The translations under genes were made by a program, and so were the position numbers. Below are positions 30,571 to 40,706 of a stretch of 64,000 nt of DNA, piece by piece (the first letter of the stretch is position 1; each line of letters opens with the position of its first letter). The DNA comes from a virus. The notes beneath the pieces are model-generated. The model ran no database searches, was not told where the DNA came from, and saw nothing but the letters and a program-made list of their open reading frames with translations. The stretch spans positions 1 through 64,000 of the IMG/VR virus record IMGVR_UViG_3300020477_001012; one strand, written 5' to 3'.

Positions 30571-30738
30571 ATGAGCGTTACATTCGCTAAGGACAAAGAG
30601 ACAAAGAACACAATCCGATTCACGTCACCCATCGGCAACGATATCAGTGGCAGCATCTACGTCCAGAAGGATAGTGATCTGGCCAAGGAAACGGAAATTG
30701 TTTTGGAAATCGCAGAAAAAGCTGAAGTTTCCGCTTGA
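30571..30738 (+). CDS. Small hypothetical protein
   Basis: F.KDKETKNTIRF...GSIYVQKD; RBS present. Confidence 0.6.
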   Translation: MSVTFAKDKETKNTIRFTSPIGNDISGSIYVQKDSDLAKETEIVLEIAEKAEVSA

Positions 30739-30885
30739 CAATGCCGATAAATATAGTATAATGGTAGTATAAGACAAACCGAGACCAGCGGATAAACTGG
30801 TCATCTTACACGACACGGGTACTGGAGCCAACGGGCTAGGGTTAAGAGCCACTGAATCCCGCACAACATTTTTTAGGAGAGCGAA

Positions 30886-31095
30886 ATGAAAGTTTCACAA
30901 CAAGTAGATGCTGGACGGTTGAGCGGTTCTTGGGTTAAATATGATGGAACCATCGACTTGGAGTTTGGCAAGGACGAAGTGACGTTTCAGGCAGACGAGA
31001 CTCAACTGCGAAGTCTTGTGACCCGATTGAGCAAAAGGATCGCAGAAATTGAGGAGGAACGGGCTAAAGCCCAGATGGAAAATGAAGACGAGTAA
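30886..31095 (+). CDS. Hypothetical protein
   Basis: AGGAG RBS; long structured leader. Confidence 0.65.
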   Translation: MKVSQQVDAGRLSGSWVKYDGTIDLEFGKDEVTFQADETQLRSLVTRLSKRIAEIEEERAKAQMENEDE

Positions 31096-31232
31096 ATCAC
31101 AAGAGCCAATTATCCGCGTTGGCACAGAACTTTCGTGCGGAACAGTTGTCGCCATCCTGACTGATGGTGTTAAAGTAAGAACGCCAGAAGGCGTACACAC
31201 AATTCCTTTTTCTAAAGCAGAGGAGCTAATTT

Positions 31233-31436
31233 ATGTTGACTAGTCTTTATCAAAAGCGTAACGGGCGTCGTATTCATACGCTTTACCCCACTGGGGGAAA
31301 CAAGAATGTCCTGCGGAACGTTGATGGTGTCAAACTGGCATCGTTCACAGGGCCAAGTGGGCGGGGTATTACCGTCCAAGAGGACAGCGGACAGATTCGC
31401 TCACTGTCCCTGTCGAAGTGTGTCGCGTCACTGTAG
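31233..31436 (+). CDS. Hypothetical protein
   Basis: GAGGAG RBS; followed by a terminator-like hairpin at 31456-31491. Confidence 0.65.
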   Translation: MLTSLYQKRNGRRIHTLYPTGGNKNVLRNVDGVKLASFTGPSGRGITVQEDSGQIRSLSLSKCVASL

Positions 31437-31497
31437 CGACCCTTTCGTGTTGTGTGGGGGGAGGGGGGTCCGTTCGCCTCCCTCCCTTTTTATTTTT

Positions 31498-31570
31498 GGG
31501 GCTGTAGCTCAATTGGCAGAGTACCGGATTGTCTATCCGGTGGTTGTGGGTTCAAATCCCATCAGCCTCG
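31498..31570 (+). tRNA. tRNA-Asp(GTC)
   Basis: Cloverleaf; anticodon arm CCGGA-TTGTCTA-TCCGG; G73; no encoded CCA. Confidence 0.9.
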
Positions 31571-31577
31571 CTTATCA

Positions 31578-31655
31578 TAACTCCTTGCTGGGTAACGACT
31601 TAGGACGACGCCGCCGGGGCTTTGTCGCCGTAAGTCCTTATCTACCAACATGTTA
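31578..31655. repeat. 78-bp double-palindrome element, copy 5
   Basis: Same layout; TTGACT at 31697. Confidence 0.85.
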
Positions 31656-31731
31656 TGCCAATTATAAAATAATCGTTATTTGCTAAAGTTTTATGCTTGA
31701 CTTTGACGATATATAATGTAGAATCAAGTAT

Positions 31732-32217
31732 ATGACACAACACCCACACAAGGATGCGAGCATGAGCAAGCCGAGAGTCGAGAAGAGCCATGAAGTATTG
31801 GAGCACATTGACCCGACCAAAAAGGTTCGTGTGTACAGAAATCTCAACAACAAATGTGTGAGCGTAAAACAAGGGAATAAAGTAAAATGTCACGCCACAA
31901 ATGTGGTGCTAAAGGATTGTAAATTCATCGTTTCAGAAGCAGGACAACGGAGGGTCCGAAATGAAAAGAAAAAAAACGTACATGCGTTTATTGAGGGCTA
32001 TGTGGTTAGTGCTCGTAGGTCGCTTGAGCTTCTCGACTTTGGTTGGGACAAAGTACACTACAACCCCTATGAGACAGACCACTGGCTATTGTCATCACTG
32101 CCATACGACCAATACGTTGACGAAGCCCAATGGGTAGATGTGTGGTGTGATGAGGTATGCGGGGATGTACTCGCATTTAATTTGTCTTACAAAAAGATGG
32201 AGAGTGAAGAGGAATGA
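31732..32217 (+). CDS. Conserved phage hypothetical protein
   Basis: RVYRNL..KCVSV...F.VSEAGQRRV..EKKKNVHAFI.G...YNPY. Confidence 0.7.
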   Translation: MTQHPHKDASMSKPRVEKSHEVLEHIDPTKKVRVYRNLNNKCVSVKQGNKVKCHATNVVLKDCKFIVSEAGQRRVRNEKKKNVHAFIEGYVVSARRSLELLDFGWDKVHYNPYETDHWLLSSLPYDQYVDEAQWVDVWCDEVCGDVLAFNLSYKKMESEEE

Positions 32218-32364
32218 GTATTATTATGGAAAGAGTTGCCTTGTGGGCATGGATTGTTGTTTCAGTATTTTTCACGGGATGGACATAATGTACGAGACGA
32301 ATTTGTATTTTGCGTGTAGTGTAGCGGTGATGACCTTGAGCCTTATGGGTTTGGATGCTTTTCG

Positions 32365-32442
32365 TAAGCCCTGACCCCGTAAGGGTTTAGGACGACGGAA
32401 CCCCCGCCCCGTCGCTGTAACTCCTTACCACCAAACGACTTA
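32365..32442. repeat. 78-bp double-palindrome element, copy 6
   Basis: Same layout; TTGACA at 32484. Confidence 0.85.
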
Positions 32443-32516
32443 CGACAATCATAAAAAACTTCTAGAATTATCTCAAGAACCCCTTGACAAATAGCCGATA
32501 TAATATATAATAGGGT

Positions 32517-32860
32517 TAATGAACAGCAGGGATGGAGAGAACCTTGCTGATGACTCCCAAAACAAAGCCGCTCCCCTTTGATGAAGTGAAAGCCTAACGT
32601 CCATCATTGGGGTATAAATGCGGCACAACACATATGGCTCGGTGTAGATTACGCCGGTTGATAAGCCACTGATTTGAAGTAGAAACGAAGTCGAGGACAA
32701 GGCGGTTAACCTAATCGACGGACACAACGGAACAGCTTAGTTCCTCCATATTCAGTGCAATCGGTCGAGGGTGCGACACCCTTGCGAGTCGCCACACAAC
32801 AGTTCGGCGTATCACCTAATCCAAAAGGATTGGGCGGCATGGGCTGAGTCAGCGAAAAAG
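32517..32860 (+). ncRNA. Putative ~340-nt structured ncRNA
   Basis: No plus-strand ORF after a consensus promoter; long-range helices TGACTC/GAGTCA, GCCGCTC/GGGCGGC and TACGCCG/CGGCGTA. Confidence 0.6.
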
Positions 32861-32935
32861 ATTAAAGTTTAGGGTTGACAACGCCGATAAATATAGTATA
32901 ATGAGAGAGTATCACACACACAACGGAGCGAGCAA

Positions 32936-33733
32936 ATGTTGAAGTTCTCAAAAGCAAACGCGAAAATTGAAGCCCTGAAAAACGTCGAAGAATTGCAGCC
33001 ATATCTTGATGGTGGCAGGCGTAAAATCTATTCACTGGATCTTCTAAGCGGCCACTCTTGCCCATTCGCCCACGATTGCCTATCCAAAGCCGTGGCCGAT
33101 GAAAACGGCAAGCGAACAATCAAGGACGGGCCACACACACAATTCAGGTGTTTTTCGGCCAGTCAGGAAGTCCAGTATACTAACGTGTACAATCTTCGCC
33201 AGCATAATTATGATGCCTTGAAAGCCCACAAGGATGATGCTGATATGATGTACTTCCGTCTCTATGAGTCGATTCCAAGTGATACCGGTATTGTTCGGAT
33301 TCACGTTGCTGGCGACTTTTTCAACGAAAACTATTTTAAGGCTTGGATTCGTCTGGCAAATAAATATGCCGGAATCCTATTCTACGCCTACACCAAGAGC
33401 CTACGCTATTGGGCCAACAACCGGGACGATGTTCCCGATAATCTTGTTTTGACTGCAAGCTATGGTGGTCGTGACGATAATATGATCGACACGCATAGCC
33501 TACGATCCGCAAAGGTAATTTTTAGCGAAGCGGACGCTAACGGTTTAGAAATTGATCACGATGATTCTCATGCTGCAAGACCTAGCCTAGCACATAAAGA
33601 CTTTGCGTTGCTGATTCATGGCACACAGCCAAAAGGAACAGAAGCAGCACAAGCATTGAAAACCCTGAAAGGCAAAGGCAGCTACAGCAGAAAGAAAAAA
33701 CCTGAGTTGACTTACGGAGAAATTATGGTATAA
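32936..33733 (+). CDS. Gene product 88 (GP88)-like protein
   Basis: L.SGHSCPFA..C...CF, RIHVAGDFF...Y..AW, FYAYTKS. Confidence 0.75.
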   Translation: MLKFSKANAKIEALKNVEELQPYLDGGRRKIYSLDLLSGHSCPFAHDCLSKAVADENGKRTIKDGPHTQFRCFSASQEVQYTNVYNLRQHNYDALKAHKDDADMMYFRLYESIPSDTGIVRIHVAGDFFNENYFKAWIRLANKYAGILFYAYTKSLRYWANNRDDVPDNLVLTASYGGRDDNMIDTHSLRSAKVIFSEADANGLEIDHDDSHAARPSLAHKDFALLIHGTQPKGTEAAQALKTLKGKGSYSRKKKPELTYGEIMV

Positions 33734-33839
33734 TAGATGAAAACCAACCCCGGAGAGGAAATGATTCAACTGATAATCTACTCAATCCTATTTGCTACGC
33801 TACACACATTTATTGACAAGAACACTAAAGGTTACTAAA

Positions 33840-34112
33840 ATGAAAAGTCTGATTTTGATGAACTACAAACAGCCTGTCGACGGTGGGAAATTCCGCTGGG
33901 GCGTTGTAGAATCTGTGCGGAACACCAAGAAAGACCCCGTTTCGCTTCCGAGCGGATACCGGATCGACGATCTTTGGAATGGTATTTTTGACCGTTCCAA
34001 GAATCTCGCCACGGTGAAAACCCGCAAGGGTACACGGGCGTTCTACTTGGAGCGTGCAAAATGGAAGGTAAAAATTCCGTTTGTGGGTTCCTTGGTGGCT
34101 CCGTTCATCTAG
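33840..34112 (+). CDS. Hypothetical protein
   Basis: ATG 33840 with an AAGG RBS. Confidence 0.55.
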   Translation: MKSLILMNYKQPVDGGKFRWGVVESVRNTKKDPVSLPSGYRIDDLWNGIFDRSKNLATVKTRKGTRAFYLERAKWKVKIPFVGSLVAPFI

Positions 34113-34128
34113 GCACGGTCCCTTTTCC

Positions 34129-34206
34129 TAAGTCCTTTCCCCGCAAGGGGTTAGGGCGACGGTGCCCCGGCCGCGTCGTCGTAAGTCTTTTAGGGACAAC
34201 GACTTA
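34129..34206. repeat. 78-bp double-palindrome element, copy 7
   Basis: Same layout; TTGACA at 34248. Confidence 0.85.
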
Positions 34207-34306
34207 CGCCAATCATAAAAACTTTGGGAATTATTAAAGCTCAGGGGTTGACAATGCCGATATATACTATATAATGGGGGAGTAATCACAACGAAAGGAT
34301 GAAAAG

Positions 34307-34519
34307 ATGATACCAGAAACGACTACAATTTCCACCGCTTGTCGCCACTGTGGAACGCTCCACGATATCGACGCCCCAACAAGAGGCTGGATTGATTGGC
34401 AAGAGGGCGAGCTGATTCAGGTGGCATTGCCCACACTGACAGAGGGCGAACGCGAGCTGCTCATTTCGGGCACTTGCGATACCTGTTGGGATAGAATGTT
34501 TCCGCCAGAAAATGATTGA
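34307..34519 (+). CDS. Small Zn-finger protein
   Basis: CRHC...GELIQ.A.P.L...ERELLISGTCDTCWD. Confidence 0.7.
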   Translation: MIPETTTISTACRHCGTLHDIDAPTRGWIDWQEGELIQVALPTLTEGERELLISGTCDTCWDRMFPPEND

Positions 34520-34583
34520 CATTGGCCATCGATATGGTACAATGAAGATGTTGCAAGAGTTTACTTTTTGAAAGGGTTTAGAA

Positions 34584-35474
34584 ATGCAAGTTGCAAGTAA
34601 GAATGTCACTGAGAAAATTCAAGAGGCGTTCAATTTTACGGTTGATAAATTCCCACTGAGTGGGCCTGATGGGATGCGTACTCCGTGGTATGCAATGTTC
34701 AGGTCCGACACTGAGGACGTTGTAGGCAAAGGGTCTGTAACTTCTCGTTATGTTCCTCACCAAACTGATGACGTTGTCGCATTGTGTGACGCTGCATCGG
34801 AAGCGTTTGATGGTGAGATCGATGTCAATTGCCATTTTCGTGATGGTCATTATGTGTCGATCCAACCAACCAAGCACGACCGATTAGCAGTGTTTGGTCA
34901 ACGCGATAACGTTTGGCCTCGCGTGATTGTCAACGCTGGCTATGATGGGCGGGCTTTTGCCGCTACGATGGGTTACTATCGTGATGCGTGTCAGAATCTC
35001 GCTATGATGCGACAGGTAAGCGGTACAACCGTTTCCATCCGTCATACGTCTGGCTTGCGTGGATACATGGACGAACTGATTTCCACCTTCAACACCCTGA
35101 AGGATTCTTGGAATGGTTTGTCTGATGTAATCATGCACTTGGAATCCTCAACGGTGCAGATGGTAGATTTCCTCAATGAAATTTATCCTCAGCCTGAAGC
35201 GGATGCAAGCAAGCGAGCCGTGACGGTTCACCGTGATCGCACTGAAGCTATCTTCAAGCGATTGCAAAGTGAGCGTTTTCGCACGGGTCGTGATCGCATG
35301 ACAGACACGTTTGAGGTTTCAGCTTGGGAGGCATTCAACGCTGTGCAGGGATATGTGCAGCATGATGCTCAGTCGAAGAAGGGTTTTAAATCTGACTTCG
35401 ATAGAATCCTGAGAGCTTCACGAGATGCCAACGTCCGCAAAGCGGAGAGCATGGTTCTCGAACTCGTAGCGTAA
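34584..35474 (+). CDS. DUF932/DUF945-family protein
   Basis: RSDT..VVG...TSRY.P.Q, YDG, R.AC.N, SIRHT, SAWEAFNAV..Y..H. Confidence 0.8.
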   Translation: MQVASKNVTEKIQEAFNFTVDKFPLSGPDGMRTPWYAMFRSDTEDVVGKGSVTSRYVPHQTDDVVALCDAASEAFDGEIDVNCHFRDGHYVSIQPTKHDRLAVFGQRDNVWPRVIVNAGYDGRAFAATMGYYRDACQNLAMMRQVSGTTVSIRHTSGLRGYMDELISTFNTLKDSWNGLSDVIMHLESSTVQMVDFLNEIYPQPEADASKRAVTVHRDRTEAIFKRLQSERFRTGRDRMTDTFEVSAWEAFNAVQGYVQHDAQSKKGFKSDFDRILRASRDANVRKAESMVLELVA

Positions 35475-35622
35475 ACCCTTTCGTTGTGTGGGCGGGGGCG
35501 GTTGGGATATTTTTATCCTAATCGTCCTCGTTTTTATATATAGGGCTTGACATGATACAATTATTATGCTTATGCGGATTGTTTGTTATATCGTACTGGC
35601 TTATAAATGATCCAGATTGACG

Positions 35623-35700
35623 TAAACCCTTGTGGCGTAACGACTTAGGGCGACGCGCCCCCGGCGCCATCGTCGTAACTCCTTTCATACCAACAACTTA
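35623..35700. repeat. 78-bp double-palindrome element, copy 8
   Basis: Same layout; TTGACA at 35752. Confidence 0.85.
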
Positions 35701-35894
35701 TGTCAATTTCCCAGTGCAAATATTGTGCCAAATAAAAATTAAAGATTCTGGTTGACATGTGCCGATACATATGGTATAATGAATGGTGGACGCCCATGTT
35801 AAGATAGGATGACCAGACTGGTGTGTCCCACCCCATCCTTGCCTGTCGTCCAATGTCGTACAGCCAGCCAAATTCCGATTTTTTTCAGAAACAG

Positions 35895-35935
35895 TGAAGA
35901 TTCGCCCTTGACAATGACGATACATAGAGTATAAT
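35895..35935 (+). promoter_or_regulatory. Promoter for the tandem family-A small RNAs
   Basis: TTGACA(35908)-16-TATAAT(35930) with nested TGAAG...GACGATA; predicted start ~35941. Confidence 0.8.
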
Positions 35936-35941
35936 AAGTAG

Positions 35942-36005
35942 ACTGCCTCAATAAAGTTGGGTTCTAACGCTCCCCACACGAGTAGGCAGTACTCTCAAAG
36001 CGTTA
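35942..36005 (+). ncRNA. Family-A pseudoknotted small RNA, copy A1
   Basis: P1 ACTGCCT/AGGCAGT, P2 TGGG/CCCA, pseudoknot TAACGCT/AGCGTTA; 14-nt segment TAGGCAG-TACTCTC. Confidence 0.75.
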
Positions 36006-36009
36006 TTTT

Positions 36010-36073
36010 CTGATCCAATAAAGTTGAGTTTCTAACGGTTCTCACACGAGTGATCAGGCGATTCAAGACCGTT
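36010..36073 (+). ncRNA. Family-A small RNA, copy A2
   Basis: P1 CTGATC/GATCAG, P2 TGAG/CTCA, pseudoknot AACGGTT/GACCGTT; segment TGATCAG-GCGATTC; followed by a T-run. Confidence 0.75.
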
Positions 36074-36145
36074 TTTTTGTATTACTCTATCTACCAACAT
36101 CGCCACGATAGCCACAGTCAGCCAAAATAGGAGAATAATTAAATA

Positions 36146-36565
36146 ATGAAAGCAAGGCCCGGTCAGAAGATATGTAGTAGTTGTGATGAGATAAATGGTG
36201 TACGCGCATTCGAGTGTAAGAATTGTGGCACAGCTTTTAAAATGAAGAAGGCTAGGCGCGGCCCTAAAAAGAAACAAGTAGAAGATTTTACGACACTAAA
36301 AAAGGGCGATTTGATTCGTGTAGTTGGTGGGAGTGGTACTTACTATATTAGTGAGAGCGGCGATAAACATTATTTCACAGACAGGGGAAAATATATAGTT
36401 TCGTCAATAGATAAAAATGGCATTGTAGCAAACGGACCATGTGGTATGTGTTATCTTTATATGGGCAAAAAGAAACGCTCGAAGCTATTGGACACTATGT
36501 GGAACGCGCCGCACAAAATCATACTACTACAAAATGATGCCGACGAGCGATCACGTCTCAGCTAA
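36146..36565 (+). CDS. Zn-ribbon basic protein
   Basis: KICSSC...ECKNC; AGGAG RBS. Confidence 0.7.
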   Translation: MKARPGQKICSSCDEINGVRAFECKNCGTAFKMKKARRGPKKKQVEDFTTLKKGDLIRVVGGSGTYYISESGDKHYFTDRGKYIVSSIDKNGIVANGPCGMCYLYMGKKKRSKLLDTMWNAPHKIILLQNDADERSRLS

Positions 36566-36997
36566 CCCACGTCTCACCCTATCCTCTTATATCGCTCAGA
36601 TGTCTACAGTCAGTCAATTTGGGCAATCATAGTTTAGCTAGTACGCTATATTCAATACTAGGAGGCATTATATAGAGGCTCAATAATGACGCTTTTTGTA
36701 TCGAAAACACGCTAAAATACCTAATAAACAAGGGATTATGACCATTATGTAATGCTTATTGCGCCAGCACGACTTTTAAACAGAAAATAACATCTCCCCA
36801 AAATTCTGTTTTGATTACATAGTGTTGTGTACTATTATAGTTTAATATAAGGGAAATATTAGACTGGATAGTCCCTAGACATGGTGTATAATACAGTGGG
36901 AAGCGAACCCACATAGTCTGGCTCTATTTTGTGTAATTGGGAAGAAAACCCACATTAAATAGAAACCGCTATAATAAAATTTAGAAAAGGGGAGAAA

Positions 36998-37264
36998 ATG
37001 TCAGACCCAGTAAACAACAATCAGCAAATACAACAAGATATGGACCCAGTGATCCACGAGTTAGAGAAACAAGGAATATCTTTTAATACCAGAGAGGGCG
37101 ATTTTACTGGACTGGGGGATGTTCTGGAATCCACGCTACAAACATTTGGTGTAACAGAAGAGCGTTTCAAGAACTGGTTCAACCTTAGAGAATGTAATTG
37201 CAACAAAAGAAAGAAGTGGCTCAATAATCTGTTTTCTTGGAAAAAACGTAAAGATGAGGGTTGA
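36998..37264 (+). CDS. Hypothetical protein
   Basis: GLGD.....L..FG......CNCNKRKKWLN pattern. Confidence 0.65.
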   Translation: MSDPVNNNQQIQQDMDPVIHELEKQGISFNTREGDFTGLGDVLESTLQTFGVTEERFKNWFNLRECNCNKRKKWLNNLFSWKKRKDEG

Positions 37265-38798
37265 CATTGACGATAACTAGTGTATAATGGGGTTATCGAA
37301 ACCAACCATAGGAGATTGAAAATGATTGCGAATAAGGCTTTATTTCTACACTTAGAACCACACATGTTAGACGCTGATTCTGGCGTTACTATTGAGATTA
37401 AATTACAGGATGAAGGTGTCGTTGTTGATGCTTGGAGTTTAGATGACTGTATAGAATCTACTTGGGAAACTTACAGTGACCTTGGTGTTGAAGTAAGGGA
37501 GATTGAAGATGAATGATGAACTACAGTATAAACGAGCCTATGATAGATTGAAGATGAGCAAGAGCCTAGCTACTTATATTGCAGATGACATCAATGAAAG
37601 ACTAGTATACCGTAACGAGGATAGTGGGACTGACTACCACATTTACGCAAATTTGATACTAGACGCTGTTGACGCATACTATGAAATTGGACATTAGAGG
37701 AAGTTGAAGATGAGTAAACCATTTAAGGAAACCGTAGAAGAGCGCGCAAAGCGTGATCCTGAGTTCAGGAAAGAATTAGAACTTGAAATGCAGGAGTGGG
37801 AACAGGAAGAAATTAACGAGATGCTAGGATCTGATGACAACCTCCCGTGGTAATAACTGGTGACTGGGGTATTTACCATTCAAGGTTGAATGTGAGTGCA
37901 ATAAAAGGAAATTCAGGGATCACCCTATAGTCAAGGAATATAATCTAGTGACAATATTAAACGATGCTGAAGTAATTTGTCAAGACTGTTTAAAAGTTGT
38001 TAGCGTTAAATATAAGTGTTACGACGAGGGCGAAGTGGTGTATAAATGTTACGAGTGTGCATTTGAAAATAGCCATCTTGCCTAGTGGTGTGAGTCTGCA
38101 TACCCGAAAGGGAGGACTGGTGTGACGAGCCAGCTAGGTGAGTTTTTAAAAAATCTAAAGTTCTCTATTGACAATGAGCGATAACACTGTATAATAGAGG
38201 CACAACACACAAAGGGGCAAAAAATGTGGAAGACAATCTTATCCTACAGTATTAGAGCGTTGTGTTACTTAGGGTGGCATTTATGGGAATATGTATATAA
38301 GAGCAATGGCTCGCACTCCCATAGAAAATGCAAAAGATGCGGGGTCACTCATGTCAAAGAAAACTATAGCAATTGGAAGAAGGCTTAGCAATGAAGAAAC
38401 AGGTTACGCTGACCGTTGTTCAACAAGGACCAAAAAATCACTGTAGATACAGAGTCAAAAAGATTGTGAACTCTGTTGCATGGAGTATTGGTTCTTATCT
38501 TTCTAAGGAGCAAATGGAACAAATTGTAGCAGATAAATTCGATCCTGTAACAATTGTTGTTCAATAATGAGCGAACTGTTATACAGATTTGTGCAGTATG
38601 TATGGATCAAAGGATTATTTGGGAGAATTTTTGAAAAAAATTGAAGTATGACCTTGACAACGCCGATAACTATGGTATAATCGAGTCATACCCGGCAGGA
38701 TACCCACATCAGTAATGATTAAGGCAAACAGATCCTAGTAGCAGAGGCTTGAGGCTACTATCCTGTCTTTTGTTTAACCAACCACAAGGAAATTAGGA

Positions 38799-40706
38799 AT
38801 GAAACTGGACACTACCCCCCAAGACGTTGCCGTCGCTGGTGATTTTGAAACTTCTGCTTTTGGCATGGAAGCATCAGCACATGCCTTCGACATTATTGCA
38901 GACAAGATTTACACCTACAAAGAGCGTGCGGTAATCCGTGAAATCTCTTGTAATGCACACGATGCCCATGTGGAGGCTGGTAATCCACAGCCCTTCGACG
39001 TGCATCTCCCGACCCAGCTAGAGCCGCATTTTTGCGTCCGTGACTATGGAGTCGGTCTGTCAGATGAAGATGTGCGATTTGTTTTCTGCAACACATTCAA
39101 GTCCACTAAGCAAAATACCAATGAGCAAATTGGGTGCTTAGGGCTAGGCAGCAAATCACCCTTCTGTCTGACTGATAGCTTCACGGTCAGGAGCTGGCAC
39201 GGTGGAATGTGCCGTACATACTCGTGCTACCGTGACGAGCAGCGTAAACCTAACGTGGCTCTGCTCACTGAGGTCCAGAGCGACGAACCTAACGGTCTGG
39301 AAGTCTCTTTCACCATTGAAGATAAGTGGTATGAATTTGAGAAAGAAGCAGTAAATGTTTTTCGCTACTGGAGTTACACTCCTAATATTAACAATCAGAA
39401 TGTTATTGATCGAGTGGAAGCATGCCGTAATGAATATAAGTTTACTGGGTCAGACTTTGGCCTGTCCTCCAGTTGGGGGAGTATGGTCGCTATCATGGGT
39501 AATGTCGCCTACTCAATCCCTGATGAGTTGGATGAATTCGATGTGGATGGTTATCTCAGGTTTGACTTGGGAGAGATCAGCTTCGATGCGGGGCGTGAGT
39601 CCCTGAGTCTGGACGACCGAACCAAAGCGGCCATCAAGGCTAAGTTTGAGTCAGTCAAAAATAAACTGGCAGATGAGGCGGCCCAGCAAATTGATGCCCT
39701 GCCTACAGCATGGGATAGGGCTAACCTCGCGTACCAGTTGAAGTTGGGTAGTCTTGGTAGATTTATTAAAGCCGACATGACTAAGTATGAACTTCCAGAA
39801 CCATCTGAGGAGATCATGTACTTTGCAAGAAGTTATCGTTCAACCGACAAGAGCGAAACAAAACGTCTGCCACTCGGAGATAATATCACATACTACGAGT
39901 TTAAGCCGAGAATGCAATCTCGTATCCGTAGTCACATCAAGGACTTCAATAGGCACACGATGGTTCTGCTCACTAAAAAGCAGATCACTGAGCTTGGAAT
40001 CCCTAGTGACCTCCTCCACGATCTGGATGATCTACCTAAAGTATACCGATCTACCGGGTCAGCAGGATCTACAGTCAAGACATTTACTTTTGACAAGCAA
40101 AATGAGGGTTGGCGTAGGGATCGGGATTTCTGGGACGAGAACACTACAGAAGTAGACGGTAGCGAGATGGTCTACGTTGAGATTAATCGCTTCAACCCCT
40201 GTGGAAATAGCGTTGGTAGAGTTTTTGATCTATGTAGTAATCGTGGGATTAAGAGGGCTATAGAAAGCATGGAAAAGGCAGGAATAACTGTCCCCACTAT
40301 TCATGGACTGAAAAGCGCACACCTCTCCACAAAGGCATTTAAAAACGGCAACTATACGACCCTCAGTGAGTTCATGATTAGAGAGGTTAAAAAGATTGCC
40401 CTTAAGACTAAGCCAGTCTACAGTGACTGTGACTACGAACTGGTGCAGGCTCTTGCTAAGTGCTATGAGCATGAAGACTTGACGCTGTGGAGTGAGCTTA
40501 ATGCTCTCAAGCCAGACAGGAATCTGCTCAGTTTGTGCAGGATGTGTGACTTGGAGATGGAAGAAGATACGTTGATCCAAGAACTGCATGAACAATTCTT
40601 CAAGCAGTATCCAATGATCAAACTGCTTAGCTACTATGATGTTACGAATAGAGACAACAAAGAAACTATCGCCCAGTATATCAATGGAGCAATTAAAAAT
40701 GATTAA
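38799..40706 (+). CDS. rIIA: rIIA-like protein (GHKL ATPase N-terminus)
   Basis: IY..KERAVIREISCNAHDAH, VRDYGVGLS, STK..TN..IG..GLGSKSPF; rIIB lies two genes downstream. Confidence 0.85.
   Translation: MKLDTTPQDVAVAGDFETSAFGMEASAHAFDIIADKIYTYKERAVIREISCNAHDAHVEAGNPQPFDVHLPTQLEPHFCVRDYGVGLSDEDVRFVFCNTFKSTKQNTNEQIGCLGLGSKSPFCLTDSFTVRSWHGGMCRTYSCYRDEQRKPNVALLTEVQSDEPNGLEVSFTIEDKWYEFEKEAVNVFRYWSYTPNINNQNVIDRVEACRNEYKFTGSDFGLSSSWGSMVAIMGNVAYSIPDELDEFDVDGYLRFDLGEISFDAGRESLSLDDRTKAAIKAKFESVKNKLADEAAQQIDALPTAWDRANLAYQLKLGSLGRFIKADMTKYELPEPSEEIMYFARSYRSTDKSETKRLPLGDNITYYEFKPRMQSRIRSHIKDFNRHTMVLLTKKQITELGIPSDLLHDLDDLPKVYRSTGSAGSTVKTFTFDKQNEGWRRDRDFWDENTTEVDGSEMVYVEINRFNPCGNSVGRVFDLCSNRGIKRAIESMEKAGITVPTIHGLKSAHLSTKAFKNGNYTTLSEFMIREVKKIALKTKPVYSDCDYELVQALAKCYEHEDLTLWSELNALKPDRNLLSLCRMCDLEMEEDTLIQELHEQFFKQYPMIKLLSYYDVTNRDNKETIAQYINGAIKND

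Noticed and set aside
32545-32860. Hammerhead ribozyme (CTGATGA)
   Set aside because: No correctly placed stem II-GAAA-stem III follows the motif.
26176-35700. 78-bp repeats as integron attC sites or CRISPR repeats
   Set aside because: No RYYYAAC/GTTRRRY ends, no integrase in the window, and kilobase spacing with promoters attached.
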